Shown here: positions 60,692 to 64,000 of the stretch, one piece after another | How the letters are laid out: each line of letters starts with the position of its first letter | Numbering within the stretch: position 1 is the stretch's first letter | Program-made: the position numbers and the translations under genes | NCBI GenBank assembly: GCA_977020255.1 | Contig: CDROCS010002735.1 | Coordinates: 248,001 to 312,000 of the forward strand | Origin: Obrimoposthia wandeli | Taxonomy: Eukaryota | Length of the DNA: 64,000 nt | Direction: 5' to 3' | Notes under the pieces: model-generated | What the model was told of the DNA's origin: nothing | Seen by the model: the letters and a program-made list of their open reading frames with translations, nothing else | Database searches by the model: none

Positions 60692-60708
60692 GTGTTATCT
60701 CCCTCTGA

Positions 60709-62913
60709 CTAAGTATCAGCCGTTTTTTGGCCGATTCTAAAGATGACAAATTCCGCAGGTCGTAGGGGTGCAACGCCAACTTCGCAAACTAAACGGCCAT
60801 TATCAATGTCGTTTTGTGTCATGGTATTTCGATCGCATCGTACAAAAAATGCGGCTTCAGGACTTGCACCTAATAAGTGGCCACTGCTCCATTCGTTGAA
60901 CAAGAAGTTACTAATAGTGATGCGTACATTGGCCCACAAAGCTTCACCGTTTGGCTCAAATACTGCCCATTGCGTGCCTTTTTCGATAGAGCGCTCCAAA
61001 TACAAGAAATAGCGGCGTACATTCACGTACTTCCATTCAGGATCGCTAGATAAAGTACGTGCGCCCCAAACACGGTGACCCCTACCTGGAAATGACCGCA
61101 AACAGTTAATAGCATTAGGGTTTAATAACTCTTGTTGGAATTTATTAATCGTTTGATTAAAGCTTAATGCCCCCAACACCACCGTATTTGCCGGTGCTTT
61201 GTGTACACCGCGCTCTACATCAGTGCGCGCGTAAACCCCTGCCATAAAGCCACAAGGCGGTAGCGCTAGTGAAGCTGATTTTCCTGAAGGATCTGAAGCC
61301 ACAACCCAAGGATAATAAAGTGCTAATCGGCTATCATCAAAGTTATCTCGCAGCGCTCTTATTTCAGAAATAGCCATATCTTTTCGACAATCGACTAACC
61401 CAATACGATAGCGCATTTTCAAACAGTGATTAAGCATGGCGTTGACTATTGACTGATGAGTAGTTGCAGTACTGGCAGCTGCATTTGGCGTCATCACGAT
61501 GGAGATATCTTCAATATCTTCAAGTGAAATTAATCCGGTGTTGCCATTTATCTCATCCATTTCCCCAATGTAATCTACATCGGTTAATATTTTTCCATCA
61601 TCGCCGCCTTGTAAGCTAATGATATAACGAGGACTTGCAAAAGAACCGCTGCTGGGTATTAATTGTGCACTATTGACTTTAAATAGTTCAAACATAGCCA
61701 AATACACAGCGGACGCTGTCGCTAAAGCACCTGTACTGCAAGCGACGGGTAAGCTCAGTGCATCGATTTTTTTACTAGGGTGTTGTGTCAACATATTGGC
61801 TAAAGAACTGCTATTAATAGCGCTTGGATCTAAGCTTAAGCCGCTGATTTGATAAATAGTTTCACCAACCCCAGCCACACCTTCGACATCGCTTGGAGTT
61901 AAAGTACGGCGTATCACATTCATTGAAAAGTTACGTTTGATCACCAATGATTTTGCACCTGCAGCGAGTAACAGCTCACTAAGGTCAAAGCTAACATTTA
62001 CCACATTATTATTAAGTTCTTTAAGCACCTCAAATTTAGTACCGCTGGCATCAATTGAACCCCATAAAAATGTTGAGTCGTCTAGGTCTGAAAAAAACGG
62101 TTTAATACTTGCCGTGAGCACTAATCTGGCATTGGTTCCCGATTCTAATGCACCACTGGCGGGTTGTGATGCAATTAACTGTGTCAATTTAAAAGTTAAT
62201 GAATTTAACGAAGTCGCACTGATTTTATCGCCAAGGTCTGCAATAGCCACTTGTGCGACAGAGCTGTCATCATTAATCACATCAGCCATTGCACCGGCCA
62301 ATACATAGGCATCTTCTTCTAAATCAAAACGGACCATCACGTGTAGTTGCTTTAATGGAAAGCCACTGTGTACCCCCGCCACGTCAAAGACGCTGTCATT
62401 TACGGCGGCATCAATCGTCAACAGTGCCATTTGGCCATCTTGCAAAATTGGATTAACAATCGTTCTTAGTAGATTTTGCGAGTCTTCCCAAAGTATTTCT
62501 AAATCAAGGTTGCCACCGCTGCCTGCAAAGCGGGCATTAAAGGCTAAATCGTCTTGCACCGCAGAGGCTTTCGCCGCGCTGCTACCTACTCCGTATTCGT
62601 CAATGCTGTTGCCACCATTGATCACGCGTGTCATGTACAACTGTTTACCACCATTATCAAAAAAAGCTCTGGCAGCTAAAGCACTATAATTTAGCTGCGT
62701 TGCACCTTGAGCATCAATAAAACTGAGCGTTTGTGCTGAACCAAACGTTTTTTCAAATTGAGAATAGGTAGTCATCACTTCTGGCGCGCCTCTCACCGGT
62801 CCAAATTTAGCAGGCCCCACCATGGCGGCAACGCTTGTGCCAACACCTTCGATGGATTTTGATCTAAAACTGGTCTCTTCGATGTAGACACCGGGAGCTA
62901 GATATTCCGGCAT
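60709..62913 (-). CDS. Contractile tail sheath protein (gp18-like, Afp2/3/4-like)
   Basis: MPEYLAPGVYIEETS, ARAFFDNGG, LALYYPW, LPPCGFMAGVYARTDVERGVHKAPAN, RVWGARTLS..WKYVNVRR, WAVFEPN, GVAPLRPAEFVIFRI. Confidence 0.97.
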   Translation of the reverse strand: MPEYLAPGVYIEETSFRSKSIEGVGTSVAAMVGPAKFGPVRGAPEVMTTYSQFEKTFGSAQTLSFIDAQGATQLNYSALAARAFFDNGGKQLYMTRVINGGNSIDEYGVGSSAAKASAVQDDLAFNARFAGSGGNLDLEILWEDSQNLLRTIVNPILQDGQMALLTIDAAVNDSVFDVAGVHSGFPLKQLHVMVRFDLEEDAYVLAGAMADVINDDSSVAQVAIADLGDKISATSLNSLTFKLTQLIASQPASGALESGTNARLVLTASIKPFFSDLDDSTFLWGSIDASGTKFEVLKELNNNVVNVSFDLSELLLAAGAKSLVIKRNFSMNVIRRTLTPSDVEGVAGVGETIYQISGLSLDPSAINSSSLANMLTQHPSKKIDALSLPVACSTGALATASAVYLAMFELFKVNSAQLIPSSGSFASPRYIISLQGGDDGKILTDVDYIGEMDEINGNTGLISLEDIEDISIVMTPNAAASTATTHQSIVNAMLNHCLKMRYRIGLVDCRKDMAISEIRALRDNFDDSRLALYYPWVVASDPSGKSASLALPPCGFMAGVYARTDVERGVHKAPANTVVLGALSFNQTINKFQQELLNPNAINCLRSFPGRGHRVWGARTLSSDPEWKYVNVRRYFLYLERSIEKGTQWAVFEPNGEALWANVRITISNFLFNEWSSGHLLGASPEAAFFVRCDRNTMTQNDIDNGRLVCEVGVAPLRPAEFVIFRIGQKTADT

Positions 62914-63040
62914 AGCGAAATCCTCTTTTTTATTGAATTAAACAGGATGCATATTTTGGCTATTTAATGACAAATCAGGCATCTGTCAGCTTTTCTTAGA
63001 TACCCCGCTTCAATTGAGCATAACTTACCCAAAGGGCATG

Positions 63041-63091
63041 GTAGCTGAGGTTTATAATGCTGGTTAAAAAACGATTCAAAAGCTCAGCTAC
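63041..63091. promoter_or_regulatory. Inverted repeat in the leader upstream of the sheath gene
   Basis: GTAGCTGAGGTTT (63041-63053) versus AAAGCTCAGCTAC (63079-63091): 12/13 complementary. Confidence 0.45.
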
Positions 63092-63220
63092 AACAATATT
63101 ACCCGTGACAGGGCTTCACTGATTCCACTATTTGAACGGTTTGCTCCTTACTTTATTATCACTCGGGACCTCATGCAGAGCTCTGATTGATGTTTAATTA
63201 ATGCGTGCTTGCTTATTAAT

Positions 63221-64000
63221 TTATATGATCGCCTTTATAACGATACTTAAATGATTTTCGCTTTGTAAGCGCTGCACTTGCGCCACCGTATATTTGAAAT
63301 TCAAAAGTGCACTTTCACTGCTATCTTGATCGGCGTCTTCTAATACATTGAATGGCGTAAAATGATTAATATTTGCTATTTCAACGCTTTGAGCAGGGTG
63401 AGCGATGACGCTTAATTGCGCATCATATTCTGTATTCATTGAGTTTTTGTCAGGTGCAGGAAGGCGGTTCAATGCGAGTTGTAATTCACCATTCTCATCG
63501 CACTGCCCTTTAAAAATCAATAATGGTTCTTCATTGCCAATATCAATTTGTACTGTGATCACGGCCCAACTTGCTGGTGTGCCATCTTCATAAATAACAT
63601 GTCCTAAAATTCCTCCTGCGCCACTAAAACCACTACCCATTGGCGATCGATAAAGATTAACCGTATGTTTACTTTGCGCGGTAGTGGTTAATACAAGCAG
63701 TAGTGGATTATAAATACCTTTAAGATCAGAGACTGCCAAAGTGATCGAATAAGGTACTTTTGCCGCACTTATATGTTCAAACTTATCCATGATGTATAAA
63801 TTTACAAGCGCTGAATCTGATGAATACGTATTACTAACAACCGTTTGAGTGATGCCTGGTATATTTCTTTGCAATACCAACATATTGTCTTTCTCGATTA
63901 ATTTTAAATTGCTAGGAGCGTTTAAGATTTGAAACTGCAAATTAGTGCTCTTTACTAAGGTACGTTGCTCGCTTTGAAAACCACTGCCTTCTGACCATTG
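63221..64000 (-). CDS. eCIS-associated hypothetical protein (possible carboxypeptidase-regulatory-like beta sandwich); reading frame open to the window edge
   Basis: The frame stays open upstream of the track's TTG (63940) to position 64000 (QWSEGSGFQSEQRTLVKSTNLQF...), so the start may lie outside the window. GHVIYEDGTPASWAVITV resembles the CarboxypepD_reg-like segment; lies just before the sheath gene. Confidence 0.6.
   Translation of the reverse strand, partial: QWSEGSGFQSEQRTLVKSTNLQFQILNAPSNLKLIEKDNMLVLQRNIPGITQTVVSNTYSSDSALVNLYIMDKFEHISAAKVPYSITLAVSDLKGIYNPLLLVLTTTAQSKHTVNLYRSPMGSGFSGAGGILGHVIYEDGTPASWAVITVQIDIGNEEPLLIFKGQCDENGELQLALNRLPAPDKNSMNTEYDAQLSVIAHPAQSVEIANINHFTPFNVLEDADQDSSESALLNFKYTVAQVQRLQSENHLSIVIKAII

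Larger units (their letters stand above)
32172..64000 (-). other. Extracellular contractile injection system (eCIS, Afp/PVC/MAC-like) locus; continues beyond the window
   Basis: Co-oriented, often translationally coupled genes for sheath, tubes, Afp7-like, hub, gp5, gp25, baseplate J, tail protein, AAA+ ATPase and DUF4157. No capsid, portal, terminase or integrase genes, and no T6SS membrane-complex genes, in the window. Confidence 0.9.

Noticed and set aside
61256-61263. GGCGGTAG, an RfaH ops-like element
   Set aside because: It lies on the plus strand inside the sheath CDS, antisense to the operon; ops works only on the non-template strand of the transcript.
53185-62913. Type VI secretion system
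   Set aside because: A single-chain gp18-type sheath instead of TssB/TssC, gp19-type tubes instead of Hcp, and no TssJ/L/M, TssK or ClpV.
32172-64000. Prophage or P2/Mu-like tail module
   Set aside because: No capsid, portal, terminase, integrase, replication or lysis genes in 31 kb. The AAA+ ATPase, DUF4157 and Afp7-like genes point to eCIS. Sequence beyond 64000 is not visible.
1-64000. CRISPR arrays, tRNA or rRNA genes, transposase or integrase genes
   Set aside because: None recognised by eye on either strand; tRNAscan-SE, barrnap and a CRISPR finder would confirm.

Overview
This is a bacterial chromosomal window, probably from an AT-rich marine gammaproteobacterium (Alteromonadales-like; inferred from protein style only). 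The left half (1-32.1 kb) is metabolic and signalling. It holds aqpZ, a DsbA/FrnE-like CxxC + receiver-like + GGDEF fusion, and the complete liuRABCDE leucine-catabolism cluster with two LiuR boxes. It also holds two more c-di-GMP enzymes, yceI, pgi, a stand-alone pdxJ, a urate/allantoin cluster (NCS2 permease, uraH, puuE, uraD, alc, allA, puuD) with GntR-type palindromes, nfsA, DUF2157/DUF4401-GDYXXLXY membrane genes and sseA. Three copies of a ~150-bp MITE-like element carrying IHF-consensus sites, and one 161-bp palindrome flanked by direct repeats, sit in intergenic gaps. The right half (32.2-64 kb, all minus strand, running off the window) is a headless phage-tail locus: an extracellular contractile injection system (eCIS; Afp/PVC/MAC-like). 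It encodes a sheath, a divergent second sheath, two tubes, an Afp7-like protein, a 51-aa Afp6-like ORF absent from the ORF track, and a spike split into hub and gp5 genes. It also encodes gp25, baseplate J, a P2-gpI-like tail protein, three paralogous fibre-type proteins, a probable tape measure and an AAA+ ATPase. It ends with a DUF4157 protein carrying an internal HNH-type nuclease motif, coupled to a TPR gene. No PAAR gene is visible; its usual slot holds a 596-aa protein with a hydrophobic C-terminal helix. All family assignments come from motif recognition by eye; no database searches were run.
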